Of a stretch of 64,000 bases of DNA, positions 35,590 to 45,514 are shown one piece after another. The stretch spans positions 15,079 through 79,078 of the forward strand of contig JAFXPE010000004.1 in assembly GCA_017528205.1 (NCBI GenBank), read 5' to 3'. The notes beneath the pieces were generated by a model, which saw nothing but the letters and a program-made list of their open reading frames with translations, was not told the origin of the DNA and searched no databases. This DNA is from Alphaproteobacteria bacterium. Lineage in GTDB: Bacteria > Pseudomonadota > Alphaproteobacteria > RF32 > CAG-239. Every line of letters starts with the position of its first letter. Position 1 is the first letter of the stretch. The translations under genes and the position numbers were made by a program.

Positions 35590-36216
35590 TTATTTTCCGT
35601 CCGGAAAGCTGGTAAATATTATTGGTTCATATTCCGGTCGGGTAATACCGTTTTTACGACCAAGTTCAATGCATTTTAACAGCCAAGCCATATTGTGCCC
35701 CAGCGTGCGCATAGTCTGTAAGCCTTCTTTATCTTTTTTGACATCATCAGAGGTAAAACCGTGCACCATATTCCAATACTGCGAACCGACAACCTGCATT
35801 TTGCTGATTGTAAAATATTTGTTCAAGCGATCAAAAGATGCGCTTGCCCCGCCCCTACGGCACGAAACAACAGCGGCGGCCAATTTTCCGGCCATTTTGG
35901 GTGCATAAGTGAAGAATAAGCGGTCGCAGAATGAACAAATCTGACCTGAAGGCCCGGCGTAATACACCGGTGAACCGAGGATAATACCGTCAAACTCATC
36001 AAGTTTGGCACCGATTTCGTTTACACCATCATCAAACACACATTTGCCGTTTTCTCTGCACTTTTGACAAGCGATACAACCCGCAATCGGCTTTGTTCCT
36101 ATATGATAAATTTCCGTTTCAATTCCGTTTTTATTCAAAGTGTTTGCAACCTCGCTAAGGGCAGTATAAGTACACCCTTCTTTATGAGGTGAACCGTTAA
36201 TAAGTAATACTTTCAT
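35590..36216 (-). CDS. NADPH-dependent FMN reductase / iron-sulfur flavoprotein-like (flavodoxin fold)
   Basis: MKVLLINGSPHKEGCTYTAL... and a Cys cluster (CIACQKCRENGKC), typical of the Isf/NADPH-FMN reductase family. Confidence 0.65.
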   Translation of the reverse strand: MKVLLINGSPHKEGCTYTALSEVANTLNKNGIETEIYHIGTKPIAGCIACQKCRENGKCVFDDGVNEIGAKLDEFDGIILGSPVYYAGPSGQICSFCDRLFFTYAPKMAGKLAAAVVSCRRGGASASFDRLNKYFTISKMQVVGSQYWNMVHGFTSDDVKKDKEGLQTMRTLGHNMAWLLKCIELGRKNGITRPEYEPIIFTSFPDGK

Positions 36217-36358
36217 TGATTTTCTCCTTATTGCTTTAGATATGGTATCAGCTGGGGGGATTTTAACGCAACTGTTTTTTAGAGTTATTAAGAATATAAA
36301 TCAAGGCCGCCATAAAAGCTGTGGCGGGTTTGGAGTAAGCAGAAACCGAATTAAACGG

Positions 36359-36559
36359 TTAGCATCTGATTTTACCTTCTTCATTGATGCGACAATCTTC
36401 AACAATGTATTCGACGGCCTTTCTGAACTCGCGGTCTGACCTTAACATTTTATGATCCATTCCCGCAACTTCGGCCATTGCCGGCAACACCGTGTTGTTT
36501 ACGATAATTCCGCAGATTAAGCCCAATACAAATATAGCCGCGACATAAACTTTTTTCAT
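36359..36559 (-). CDS. Small secreted protein (66 aa)
   Basis: A signal-peptide-like N-terminus; weak support. Confidence 0.3.
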   Translation of the reverse strand: MKKVYVAAIFVLGLICGIIVNNTVLPAMAEVAGMDHKMLRSDREFRKAVEYIVEDCRINEEGKIRC

Positions 36560-36670
36560 TATTTTTTCTCCTTTTTCATCTTGGTTATTCCGTTTTTTTG
36601 AGCATAAAACAACATTCTGCTTATATCAAGTTAAATCTAATCTTTGTGCGCCAAAGTTTGGCTCAAAGCC

Positions 36671-37327
36671 TCAGCCGGCCAAAACGCAGCCGAATAAAAT
36701 GGAGAAAAAGTGCATAATCGTGCCGCATAAAACAAATGCGTGCCACACGGCGTGGGTGAATCTTTTGCTTTTCCACATATAAAAAGGTATGCCCAAGGTA
36801 TAAAACAGGCCGCCCAAAATCAAAAACACCAAGCCGATTGTGTTCAGGTTGGCAATTAACGCCTTAGAGGCAAACACAATCAGCCAGCCCATAATTAAAT
36901 ACAGCAAAATAGACCACAGTTTGGTGCCGTTGGCCGGAGTAACCAGCTTTAAAACCGTGCCGAGAATGGTTAAGCCCCAAATAATTCCAAAAATCGTCCA
37001 ACCGATGACACCGCGCAAATTAACCAGCAAAAACGGCGTGTATGTGCCAGCTATCAAATAATAAATGGCGATATGGTCAAACTTTTTCATAATTTTTTTG
37101 GCCCGCTGATTTGTCAGGGCGTGATAAACGGTCGAGGTGGAATACAAAATAATCATCGACGAAGCGAAAATGGCGCTGGAAACAATTTTCCACGGATCTC
37201 CGGTTATTGAGGCAAAAGCCGTTAAAACCGCCAAAGCGGCAATTCCCAAAATAATCCCCAAACCGTGGCAGGAACAAGAGGCTATTTCTTCAGGGATTGT
37301 GTATGGTCGTTGTTCTTTTTGTTGCAT
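36671..37327 (-). CDS. Hemolysin III / PAQR-family membrane protein
   Basis: Seven TM segments with a conserved His-rich C-terminus (...HAVWHAFVLCGTIMHFF...). Confidence 0.7.
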   Translation of the reverse strand: MQQKEQRPYTIPEEIASCSCHGLGIILGIAALAVLTAFASITGDPWKIVSSAIFASSMIILYSTSTVYHALTNQRAKKIMKKFDHIAIYYLIAGTYTPFLLVNLRGVIGWTIFGIIWGLTILGTVLKLVTPANGTKLWSILLYLIMGWLIVFASKALIANLNTIGLVFLILGGLFYTLGIPFYMWKSKRFTHAVWHAFVLCGTIMHFFSILFGCVLAG

Positions 37328-37376
37328 TTTCTGTGCTCCGTAGATTTTATTCAGGGGTAGTTTACAGCATGGTGTT

Positions 37377-38459
37377 TTAAATTACAACAAAAAACCGCCG
37401 CAAAAGTTTTTGATAGGTTTCCAAATCATCAATGCTGATGTGTTCGTTTTCCGAATGAGCCTGCTCTATGCTTCCGCAACCGCACAAATAAACGTTTTGC
37501 CCGATTTCGGCCAAATATCCCGCCTCTGATGTGTAAGAAAGCTTTGTCGGCTTTATTTGCAGTTTGGCGCAAAAATCACTTATCTGCTTTTTATCATTGG
37601 CCTGATAACCCAAAAACTCGGCAGTTTTAATTGTTTCAATGCGCGCGGCCGGATATTGTTTGATGACGGCCGCAGTTTTTTGCTGATATTCTCGAACAAT
37701 TTTTTTTGCGCTTTCTTCACTTGTGTAGCGGAAACCCCATTCAATTTCCGCCTTGTCCGGAATTACGGCAATGTTGCCGCCGCCCGATAACGAGCCGACA
37801 TTTAAGTATATTTCATTCCCCAGAGCTTTTTGCGCAATCTTTTCCAGTTCTTGCACAATTTTCGCGGCAATAAACAAGGCGTTTATCCCCTTATTGGGCA
37901 CAGAAGAATGTGCGGATATACCATTAATAATCGTTTTATAGCTTTTTATCCCTGTGCTTTGAATCCCCAACTGATTGGCAGTCGGTTCGCCTAGAATTGT
38001 GAGCTGCGGCCGAATGTTTTGTTTTTGCAAAAAGGCGCACACGTCTTTAATGCCTTGCATTTCGCTTTCTTCGTCGCAGGTAAAACACAAAATTATCGGC
38101 ATTTTCAATGTATTAAAGTATGATATTAAATTTAAATAGCAAGCTATAGCACCTTTCATATCGGTTGTGCCGCGGCCATAGATTTTCCCGTCGGCAACAG
38201 TCGGCTTAAATTGCCCTGCTTTGCCGCCAACAACATCCAGATGACCGCAGAGCATAACTCCCGAGCGAATATCTTTCAACTCGGCAACGTTAAGTCCTAT
38301 AAGCAAATTATCCTTGCCGTTTGTCGGAATACATTGGATTATGCATTGCGGGCTTTGATGCCGAATGTAGTCTTTGATATATTGCACACATTGCAGATGA
38401 TTGGCAGCATTTCCGTCGGTTTTTAGGGAAATCAGGTCGTTTAATATCTTATGCAACAT
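37377..38459 (-). CDS. M20-family metallopeptidase/deacylase (ArgE/DapE-like)
   Basis: ...LCGHLDVV...GRGTTDMKG...E..E motif order of M20. The start was set to the internal ATG (MLHKILND), with an aaggagag RBS, rather than the longer ORF. Confidence 0.7.
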   Translation of the reverse strand: MLHKILNDLISLKTDGNAANHLQCVQYIKDYIRHQSPQCIIQCIPTNGKDNLLIGLNVAELKDIRSGVMLCGHLDVVGGKAGQFKPTVADGKIYGRGTTDMKGAIACYLNLISYFNTLKMPIILCFTCDEESEMQGIKDVCAFLQKQNIRPQLTILGEPTANQLGIQSTGIKSYKTIINGISAHSSVPNKGINALFIAAKIVQELEKIAQKALGNEIYLNVGSLSGGGNIAVIPDKAEIEWGFRYTSEESAKKIVREYQQKTAAVIKQYPAARIETIKTAEFLGYQANDKKQISDFCAKLQIKPTKLSYTSEAGYLAEIGQNVYLCGCGSIEQAHSENEHISIDDLETYQKLLRRFFVVI

Positions 38460-38767
38460 TTTTCTCTCCTTAAAGTTAAAATCAAAACCAACCTTTAAAG
38501 AGAGCAAAAAATAAACCCATCGATAACGACAGGCTCTGAAATTCGCCCATCGTTCAAGCTTTAGCACCGTGCATTTTGTCGGTTGCTGTGTGGTCAAAGG
38601 GCTTGTCCCTCGCACACTCTTTATAGGTTGCTTGCAATTTACAACAGAATTTTTCTTTTTTCAAGCAAAATCGGCCGAATTGTTGTCTGATTACGGCATC
38701 ACTTCATGATATTATAAAACCGCCGCAAAAGTTACGGCGGTTGTTATAAATTCTGCTCGTTTTCCGC

Positions 38768-39238
38768 TTATAATATCACGCAGATGCCAAACAACAGCAA
38801 GAAACCGACCAACATCATAATCGGCGTATCCATGGAATGAGGTGCGGAAGCCTCAGCCACGGTCATTATCGGCGGAAACAGTATCACCGCGGTCCAAAAT
38901 TCTTGCGGATTTTCAAATTGTCCCCGATATAAAATCAAAAATAAGAGCGCAAACAAATAAACACAGGCGCTTCCGGCATAAGAACGCACATATCTGTTTT
39001 TCAAATTCCACGAAGGAACAACATATTTTTTCTTACCCCAATACGTTCCTACCGGCTCAGCCAATCCGTCACCTATGGCAACGGTAAAAACAACAACAGA
39101 CGCCAACTGCGGCAAATTCAAATATGTTTCAAAAACCTGCTTAAATATCGTAATCAGCAACAACCCCGACAGCATATTGCCCAAAACAATCATTTTAACG
39201 TCGGCAAACGTAGCGACCTCGGCCGAAAAATTATTCAA
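38768..39238 (-). CDS. Polytopic membrane protein (possibly a CTP-transferase/dolichol-kinase-like fold); the 5' end is unclear
   Basis: Hydrophobic throughout, with an ...AIGDGLAEPVG... motif. The N-terminus may be truncated. Confidence 0.35.
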   Translation of the reverse strand: MNNFSAEVATFADVKMIVLGNMLSGLLLITIFKQVFETYLNLPQLASVVVFTVAIGDGLAEPVGTYWGKKKYVVPSWNLKNRYVRSYAGSACVYLFALLFLILYRGQFENPQEFWTAVILFPPIMTVAEASAPHSMDTPIMMLVGFLLLFGICVIL

Positions 39239-39372
39239 ACCGAGGCCGATGCCTTTATTTTCAGTAATATATCCGACGGTAAATTTTTAAGCTTCAGTTG
39301 CGTCAACTTGTATTCAAATTTAATCTCTTTGCATTAAAGTGAAACGTTATATTAAAGCTTAGGTGATTTTGC

Positions 39373-40560
39373 TTAATCAGCGTTTACCATTTTAATTGCT
39401 GATTTCGGGCAAAGATGCGAACACAGCGAGCAACCGACGCAAGCCTTCGGATTAAGCACTATTCCGGAGGCGGTCAAGCTCAATGCACTGTGTTCGGATT
39501 CAGCGCAAATCGTTGCACATTTGCCGCATTTGCCGCACAATTCGCGGTCAATCTGCGGATATACCTGTTTTTGCTTGTTTAAACTTCTGTGTGCCGAAAG
39601 CTTGTCAATCGCCTTATTTTTCAAATCTGCCGGGCTGTTAAAGCCTTTGCTACTCAAATAGTTGAACAGGCCTTTTTTCATTGTTTCGATAACACCGTAA
39701 CCGTTAATCATAACTTCGGTGCAAACCTGCACCACGTCGGCGCCCACACACATATATTCCGCCGCATCGCGCCAAGAGGAAATGCCGCCGATGCCCAAAA
39801 TCGGCAACTTGCTGTTTTGGCGAAGTTGAGCCACACAACGCAGACCTATCGGCTTTATGGCAATGCCGGAATATCCGCCGAAAGTGGATTGGCCGTTAAC
39901 ATTCGGTTGTGGCTCAAATGTATCCAAATCAACCCCCATTAAAGATTGCACCGTGTTAATGGCAGCAAGACCGTCGGCACCGGCCATTTCCACCGCCTTA
40001 GCTATTTCCGCAATATTGCTGACATTCGGCGAAAGTTTTACAAACACCGGTTTTTCCGCCGCTTCCTTTACCCATTCGGTTATCATGGCCGAAGCCTCGG
40101 CGCTGGTGCCGATGGCCATACCGATATCCTTTTCCGGCATACCGTGCGGACAGGAAAAATTAAGCTCAAAGGCGTCAATTGCGGCATTGTTTAAGGCTTT
40201 TACCAATTTTTGCCATTCTTCTTTGAAAACCGGCGCCATAATGCTGGCAATTTGCACTTTTGTCGGATGTTTTTTGCGCAAAAAAGCAATGCCGTCAATC
40301 CATTGTTGCACGGTAAGATGGCTCAGAAGTTCAATATTTTCAAAACCGCAAACTCTGTTGCCCATTTTCCAAGAAGCATAACGCGGCGATGCATCAATCA
40401 TTTCCAAATCGTCCGGCGTAATGGTTTTGAGCACCGCACCGCCCCAACCGAGCGAAAAGGCTTTATCCAAGCTCTCGATTTTGGCCGTCGGCGGCGCCGA
40501 AGCCAAAATAAACGGATTTTCAAAATCAATACCCAAAACGTTGGTGGCTAATGTCGTCAT
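39373..40560 (-). CDS. Dihydroorotate-dehydrogenase-family flavoprotein with a C-terminal 2x[4Fe-4S] ferredoxin domain (PreA-like dihydropyrimidine dehydrogenase subunit)
   Basis: An N-terminal DHOD class-1 TIM-barrel (...GIDFENPFILASAPP...) and a C-terminal CGKCGKCATICAE...CVGCSLCSHLCP. Confidence 0.65.
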   Translation of the reverse strand: MTTLATNVLGIDFENPFILASAPPTAKIESLDKAFSLGWGGAVLKTITPDDLEMIDASPRYASWKMGNRVCGFENIELLSHLTVQQWIDGIAFLRKKHPTKVQIASIMAPVFKEEWQKLVKALNNAAIDAFELNFSCPHGMPEKDIGMAIGTSAEASAMITEWVKEAAEKPVFVKLSPNVSNIAEIAKAVEMAGADGLAAINTVQSLMGVDLDTFEPQPNVNGQSTFGGYSGIAIKPIGLRCVAQLRQNSKLPILGIGGISSWRDAAEYMCVGADVVQVCTEVMINGYGVIETMKKGLFNYLSSKGFNSPADLKNKAIDKLSAHRSLNKQKQVYPQIDRELCGKCGKCATICAESEHSALSLTASGIVLNPKACVGCSLCSHLCPKSAIKMVNAD

Positions 40561-40736
40561 GCGTTTTCTCCTTTTTGATTTTTATAATAAATAATGTTGA
40601 GGATAAAACGATTTTTGTTGAAACACAATATTTTTTTGCTCTTCAAAATCTGCTTGACTTTTACCATTCAAAACAGTACGTTATCGACAAATATTATAGT
40701 TCTCTGCAACTATGGACTACGTTTTGAGAGGTTACG

Positions 40737-42131
40737 ATGATAGTATTTTTAGCGGCGCTGTTTGCTTTAATTCTCGGTTATCTGATTTACGGCAAAATCG
40801 TGGAAAAAGTTTTTTGCATCAACGAAAAAGCCGTAACGCCGGCAATTGCCAAGCAAGATAATGTTGATTTTATGGTGTTGCCGAAGTGGCGTGTGTTTCT
40901 CATTCAGTTTTTGAACATTGCCGGATTGGGGCCGGTTTTCGGGGCCATTTTGGGCGCTTTATACGGTCCGGTTGCCCTGATTTGGATTGTCTTAGGCTCG
41001 ATTTTTGCCGGCGGCGTGCACGACTATATGGCCGGTATGATATCGGTGCGTCACGAGGGTAAATCTTTGGTGCCGCTGGTCGAAAAATACTTGGGTTCCA
41101 AAATCAAAATACTGTTTTTGATTTTTATGGTGTTCTTTCTTGCGTTGCTCGGCTCGGTATTTGCCATGAGTCCGGCACAAATGCTCTCTAATTTAACGCA
41201 AACCCCGTTTATTTGGTGGATTGTGATTATTTTCGGCTATTATTTTTTGGCCACCCTGTTGCCGATTGATAAAATTATCGGCAAGTTGTATCCTATTTTT
41301 GCGCTGTTGCTGATTGTGGTTTCCGTAGCTATGATTGTGGTTTTGTTTGTCAGCGGCGATACTTTTTATCCGCAATTGACCTTTTCTAACCAGCATCCGA
41401 AAGGATTGCCGATATTTCCGTTGATGTTTGTAACCATTGCCTGCGGGGCCGTCAGCGGTTTTCACGCCACGCAATCTCCGCTTATGGCTCGCTGTTTGGC
41501 CAACGAAAAGCAAGGCCGCTCCATTTTTTACGGCGCCATGATAACCGAAGGCGTGGTGGCCTTGATTTGGGCAACGCTGGGAATTGCCTTTTATCAAGGT
41601 AGCGAAGGCTTGAATCAGGTGATTACGCAAAGCGGTCCGGGCGGAGTGGTTTCCGGCGTGGCTAACGGTTATTTGGGCTCAATCGGTGGAATGCTGGCGG
41701 TGTTATCCGTGGTTTTGCTGTCCATAACTTCCGGTGATACGGCGTTTCGCTCGGCCAGACTGACCATCGGCGACTATTGGCAAAAAGAAAATACTTCTTT
41801 GAAAAAGCGTCTGTCCATCAGCGTGGTTGTGCTTTCGGCCGGAATTGCCTTGAGTTTCTTTGATTTAACCACCATTTGGGTATATTTCGGTTGGACCAAC
41901 CAGTTGCTGGCAACAATCACTTTATGGATGGCAACGTTTTATCTGCATCGCGAACACAAGTTTTATTGGCTGACTTTGTTGCCGGCCGGATTTATGACTT
42001 CGGTTTGCACCACCTACATAATGTATGATAAAATCGGCTTCAATCTGCCGCTTGATTTGTCTGCAATTGTCGGCGCAATCGTGGCCCTGCTTTTGGTGCT
42101 AACTTTCGTTTTTATTCACCGCAAAAAATGA
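40737..42131 (+). CDS. cstA: Carbon starvation protein CstA-family transporter
   Basis: The N-terminus ...LILGYLIYGKIVEKVF...FMVLPKWRVFLIQFLNIAGLGPVFGAILGALYGP... is diagnostic of CstA. It has a GAGAGG RBS. Confidence 0.8.
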   Translation: MIVFLAALFALILGYLIYGKIVEKVFCINEKAVTPAIAKQDNVDFMVLPKWRVFLIQFLNIAGLGPVFGAILGALYGPVALIWIVLGSIFAGGVHDYMAGMISVRHEGKSLVPLVEKYLGSKIKILFLIFMVFFLALLGSVFAMSPAQMLSNLTQTPFIWWIVIIFGYYFLATLLPIDKIIGKLYPIFALLLIVVSVAMIVVLFVSGDTFYPQLTFSNQHPKGLPIFPLMFVTIACGAVSGFHATQSPLMARCLANEKQGRSIFYGAMITEGVVALIWATLGIAFYQGSEGLNQVITQSGPGGVVSGVANGYLGSIGGMLAVLSVVLLSITSGDTAFRSARLTIGDYWQKENTSLKKRLSISVVVLSAGIALSFFDLTTIWVYFGWTNQLLATITLWMATFYLHREHKFYWLTLLPAGFMTSVCTTYIMYDKIGFNLPLDLSAIVGAIVALLLVLTFVFIHRKK

Positions 42132-42266
42132 TTTTACGGATTTTGCGCATAAAATAAAACGGCAGATACAAAATCCGCCGCTTTATTTATGAATGAATCA
42201 GTTTTATTCTTTTGTTCTGTATATTACTTGTGAAAATTTTGTCAATTGTTTTCGATAAAGTAAGGC

Positions 42267-42449
42267 CTATTTAAACGTGTCGTCGAAATCGCCGAGGTCG
42301 GTGTTAAAAAGCTCATCATCTTCGCTTTCCGCCTTGCCGGCAGAGGTTTTACCCGGCGTCTTTGCCCCGCAAGTATTTTGCTTTTGCTCGTCTTTGCTGA
42401 GGTAATAATAAACGACAAAAGCCGCCAATATCAATAAAAGCAACAGCAT
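42267..42449 (-). CDS. Small membrane-anchored acidic protein (60 aa), speculative
   Basis: One N-terminal TM helix and an acidic tail; weak. Confidence 0.25.
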   Translation of the reverse strand: MLLLLLILAAFVVYYYLSKDEQKQNTCGAKTPGKTSAGKAESEDDELFNTDLGDFDDTFK

Positions 42450-42484
42450 TTCAGCCTCCGAATCGTATTAAATTAAATCAACGC

Positions 42485-43603
42485 TTAGCTTTTGCCGAAT
42501 ACTTCGTTTAACTGGCGATTTACCCGATAAAATGTGGTGCATTTGGAAATATCTTTCAACTCTCGCGCCCCGATATAGGTCATAGCCGAGCGCACGCCGC
42601 CCAAAATTTCCTGAATTACGTTTTCTATACTGCCTTTATACGGCACTTCCACCACTTTTCCTTCCGAAGCCCGATAGCAGGCCATGCCTCCGAAGTGCTT
42701 TTCTTGTGCCAACTGCGACGACATGCCGTAAAATTGCTTGAACTTTTCGGTTTTCAACACATGGCGCAACTCGCCGTTTTGCTCGACCACTTCGTTGGTT
42801 TCAACGGTTCTTTCGATAACCTCTCCCGCCGCTTCATCGGTGCCGGCAAACATTCCGCCCAACATCACAAAGTCGGCACCGGCACCGTAGGCTTTAGCCA
42901 CATCGCCGGCACAAGTGCAACCGCCGTCGGCACAGATAAAGCCGTCAACGCCGTGCGCCGCGTCGGAACATTCCAAAATAGCCGAAAGTTGCGGACGTCC
43001 GACTCCGGTCAGCTTACGGGTGGTGCAAACCGAGCCCGGTCCGATACCCACTTTAACGATATCGGCACCGCTTAAGAGCAAATCTTGCGTCATATCTCCG
43101 GTTACGATATTGCCGACCATAATCAGCAAATCCGGAAACTTCTCCCGCACCTCTTTCACAAAATCCGTCAGCTTCGGAATATAACCGTTGGCAATATCGA
43201 TACATAACTTATCAATTTTAAAGTTTTTATCTTTCAGCAAAGCGAACAGTTGCTCTTTATCGTCGCGTAAGCCGGTTGAAATAAAAGTATAGGCATTATA
43301 CGCGCTTTCCGGTTTGTCATAATTTTGTTCGATATACCGATAATTTTCCGGATTTTTGAAATCGTAATGCTTGTGCAAACAAGTAATAGCCTGATATTTT
43401 TGCAACACGTCGTTAATGGCAAAAGTTCCGGTAGTGGCCATATTAGCAGCCATTATACCGCAAGACATCAGCGTTTGCGGATAATACTTAAACTTGTACT
43501 TTCTGATTACGTTGGCTTCGCGGCGCGAGTTGAGCGTCGTTCTTTTCGGCCGAAACAAAACGTCGCAAAAATCCAATTCAATACTGTCTCTGATGCGTGT
43601 CAT
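42485..43603 (-). CDS. guaC: GMP reductase
   Basis: Near full-length colinearity with GuaC, including ...IVKVGIGPGSVCTTR...GVG.PQLSAI.EC.DAAHG...DGGC...GDVAKA.G.GADFVMLGGM.AG... Confidence 0.85.
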   Translation of the reverse strand: MTRIRDSIELDFCDVLFRPKRTTLNSRREANVIRKYKFKYYPQTLMSCGIMAANMATTGTFAINDVLQKYQAITCLHKHYDFKNPENYRYIEQNYDKPESAYNAYTFISTGLRDDKEQLFALLKDKNFKIDKLCIDIANGYIPKLTDFVKEVREKFPDLLIMVGNIVTGDMTQDLLLSGADIVKVGIGPGSVCTTRKLTGVGRPQLSAILECSDAAHGVDGFICADGGCTCAGDVAKAYGAGADFVMLGGMFAGTDEAAGEVIERTVETNEVVEQNGELRHVLKTEKFKQFYGMSSQLAQEKHFGGMACYRASEGKVVEVPYKGSIENVIQEILGGVRSAMTYIGARELKDISKCTTFYRVNRQLNEVFGKS

Positions 43604-43674
43604 TAAAATATCCTTACAAAAATATCGTTAAAACCGGCTCTATTTTAGCCGCAATATTTTTTTGGTGCAAGCAT

Positions 43675-45429
43675 TTATTTTAGGGTAGCCAGCGCGTCTT
43701 CAACAATAAGCTCCGGTGTTAAGCGATAGCGACGATAAAGTTCATTAAGATCGGCGCGGTCGGTAAATTCCTTAAACGAGCCGTAATTCAGCACCTTCAT
43801 TTCGCTTGCGCCGTAAAAACGGGTAACCTTTTCGCCGAAACCGCCGTCCAACTCGCCGTCTTCTAAGGTTATTACCAACCGGTGAGCGGCTTTTAAGCTT
43901 TGCAAACATTCCTTATCCACACCGCTTAAATAGCGTGGATTAATCAAGGTTGGTTTAATGCCGCGCTTTTGTAATTCTGCGGCAACGTTTTCTCCTAGTC
44001 TGAAGAAACTGCCTGCGGCAATAATCGCCACCTTATCTCCCTTTTCTTCAATTTTATAAGTGTTAAGGCGACTGTAATCCTTATCTACCGGCTTATCCGA
44101 ATGAAGCATCTCTTTCGGTTGGCGAATAATAACCGGATGCTTGTTTTGTTCCACCGCCCAATCCAGCATTGCCATATATTCTTCAGCTGTTGTCGGGGCC
44201 AAATACACCAAATTCGGAATGTTGCTCGTCATCGATATATCAAATGAGCATAAGTGCGTCATATCCGCGCCGGAAATACCGCCCCACGCCACCAAAATTA
44301 CCGCCGGATTGTTGTTTAAGGCCAAATCTTGCGAAAGTTGGTCATAAGTGCGCTGAATAAATGAGCTCATCACCAAATAAATCGGCTTAGCCCCACCTTT
44401 GGCCAAGGCCGAGCTGAACGCCACCGCGTGTTCTTCGGCAATTCCGACATCAACAAAATGCTCGCCCAAAACTTTACGACGTTCCGCATTTAAGCCGAAC
44501 ACGCCAGGAGTTCCGGCATTTATCGCCACAATGCGCTTATCCTGTTTGATTTTTTCCAGCAAATAATTATAGGTCAAATCGTTGATATTTTCACCTGATA
44601 AATCCCATTTGCAACTACCGTCGGCAATATTAAACGGAAGATTCCAATGCCACGGTTCTTTGTCTTCTTCCGCCGGTTTATAGCCTTTGCCTTTTAAAGT
44701 ATGAATATGCAAAACCGTCGGTTTATCCGTATTCTTAAGCGCCTGTAATGCCTCTATCATATCTTCTACGGAATTACCGTCTGCCACGTAGCGATATTCA
44801 AATCCCCATGCCTTGAACATATTGCACTCGGCTTTGCCGTTAGTATCGCGAAGCAGTTGCAGATTATTATAAATACCGCCGTGGTTTTCGGCAATCGACA
44901 TTTCGTTGTCGTTCAAAATAATGATAATGTTCGAACCCAAAACCGCGGCATTGCTAAAGCCTTCCAAAGCTTCGCCACCGGAAAGCGAACCGTCACCGAT
45001 AACCGCAATCACATTATGCTTTTGCCCCTGCAAATCACGCGCTTTAGCTAAACCGCAAGCCAAACTGACGGAAGTTGAAGTATGCCCGACTTTGAAGAAA
45101 TCGTGCTCGCTTTCGTCCTGATTGCTGTAACCGGATATTTTTTTCATACCGGCCTCGGTTATGAACCCTTCTTGACGACCGGTTAAAAGCTTATGCGGAT
45201 AGCATTGGTGCGATACGTCCCACACAATTTTGTCATTTGGTGAATTAAACACATAGTGCAGAGCAATAGCTGTTTCCACAATGCCTAAATTCGGTCCCAC
45301 ATGGCCACCAACCGTACAATCACGATTTAATACGGCGGCGCGGATTTCTCCGGCCAGATTTTTTAATTGTTCCGCACTCAATTTTTTAACGTCTTTCGGA
45401 CCGCTGATTGTTTGCAAAATTTCATACAT
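43675..45429 (-). CDS. dxs: 1-deoxy-D-xylulose-5-phosphate synthase
   Basis: ...GGHVGPNLGIVETAIALHYVFNSPNDKIVWDVSHQCYPHKLLTGR... (Dxs: [45 protein letters not shown]); a TPP-binding GDGS motif. Confidence 0.85.
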   Translation of the reverse strand: MYEILQTISGPKDVKKLSAEQLKNLAGEIRAAVLNRDCTVGGHVGPNLGIVETAIALHYVFNSPNDKIVWDVSHQCYPHKLLTGRQEGFITEAGMKKISGYSNQDESEHDFFKVGHTSTSVSLACGLAKARDLQGQKHNVIAVIGDGSLSGGEALEGFSNAAVLGSNIIIILNDNEMSIAENHGGIYNNLQLLRDTNGKAECNMFKAWGFEYRYVADGNSVEDMIEALQALKNTDKPTVLHIHTLKGKGYKPAEEDKEPWHWNLPFNIADGSCKWDLSGENINDLTYNYLLEKIKQDKRIVAINAGTPGVFGLNAERRKVLGEHFVDVGIAEEHAVAFSSALAKGGAKPIYLVMSSFIQRTYDQLSQDLALNNNPAVILVAWGGISGADMTHLCSFDISMTSNIPNLVYLAPTTAEEYMAMLDWAVEQNKHPVIIRQPKEMLHSDKPVDKDYSRLNTYKIEEKGDKVAIIAAGSFFRLGENVAAELQKRGIKPTLINPRYLSGVDKECLQSLKAAHRLVITLEDGELDGGFGEKVTRFYGASEMKVLNYGSFKEFTDRADLNELYRRYRLTPELIVEDALATLK

Positions 45430-45514
45430 TTTATTTCTCCGTTTAATATTTATTTTTGTGCATCGTACGCTTTAAAGCATCATTGAAAGCAAACTTTTTT
45501 TAAATTATTATGCC

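Noticed and set aside
38460-38615. Longer N-terminus for the M20 peptidase (start at 38615) and for glyQ (61088), the BASS transporter (14627), peptidase S51 (32193) and the XAT (18808)
   Set aside because: In each case an internal ATG has a proper RBS and/or produces the conserved family N-terminus. The extensions encode non-conserved basic or hydrophobic peptides.
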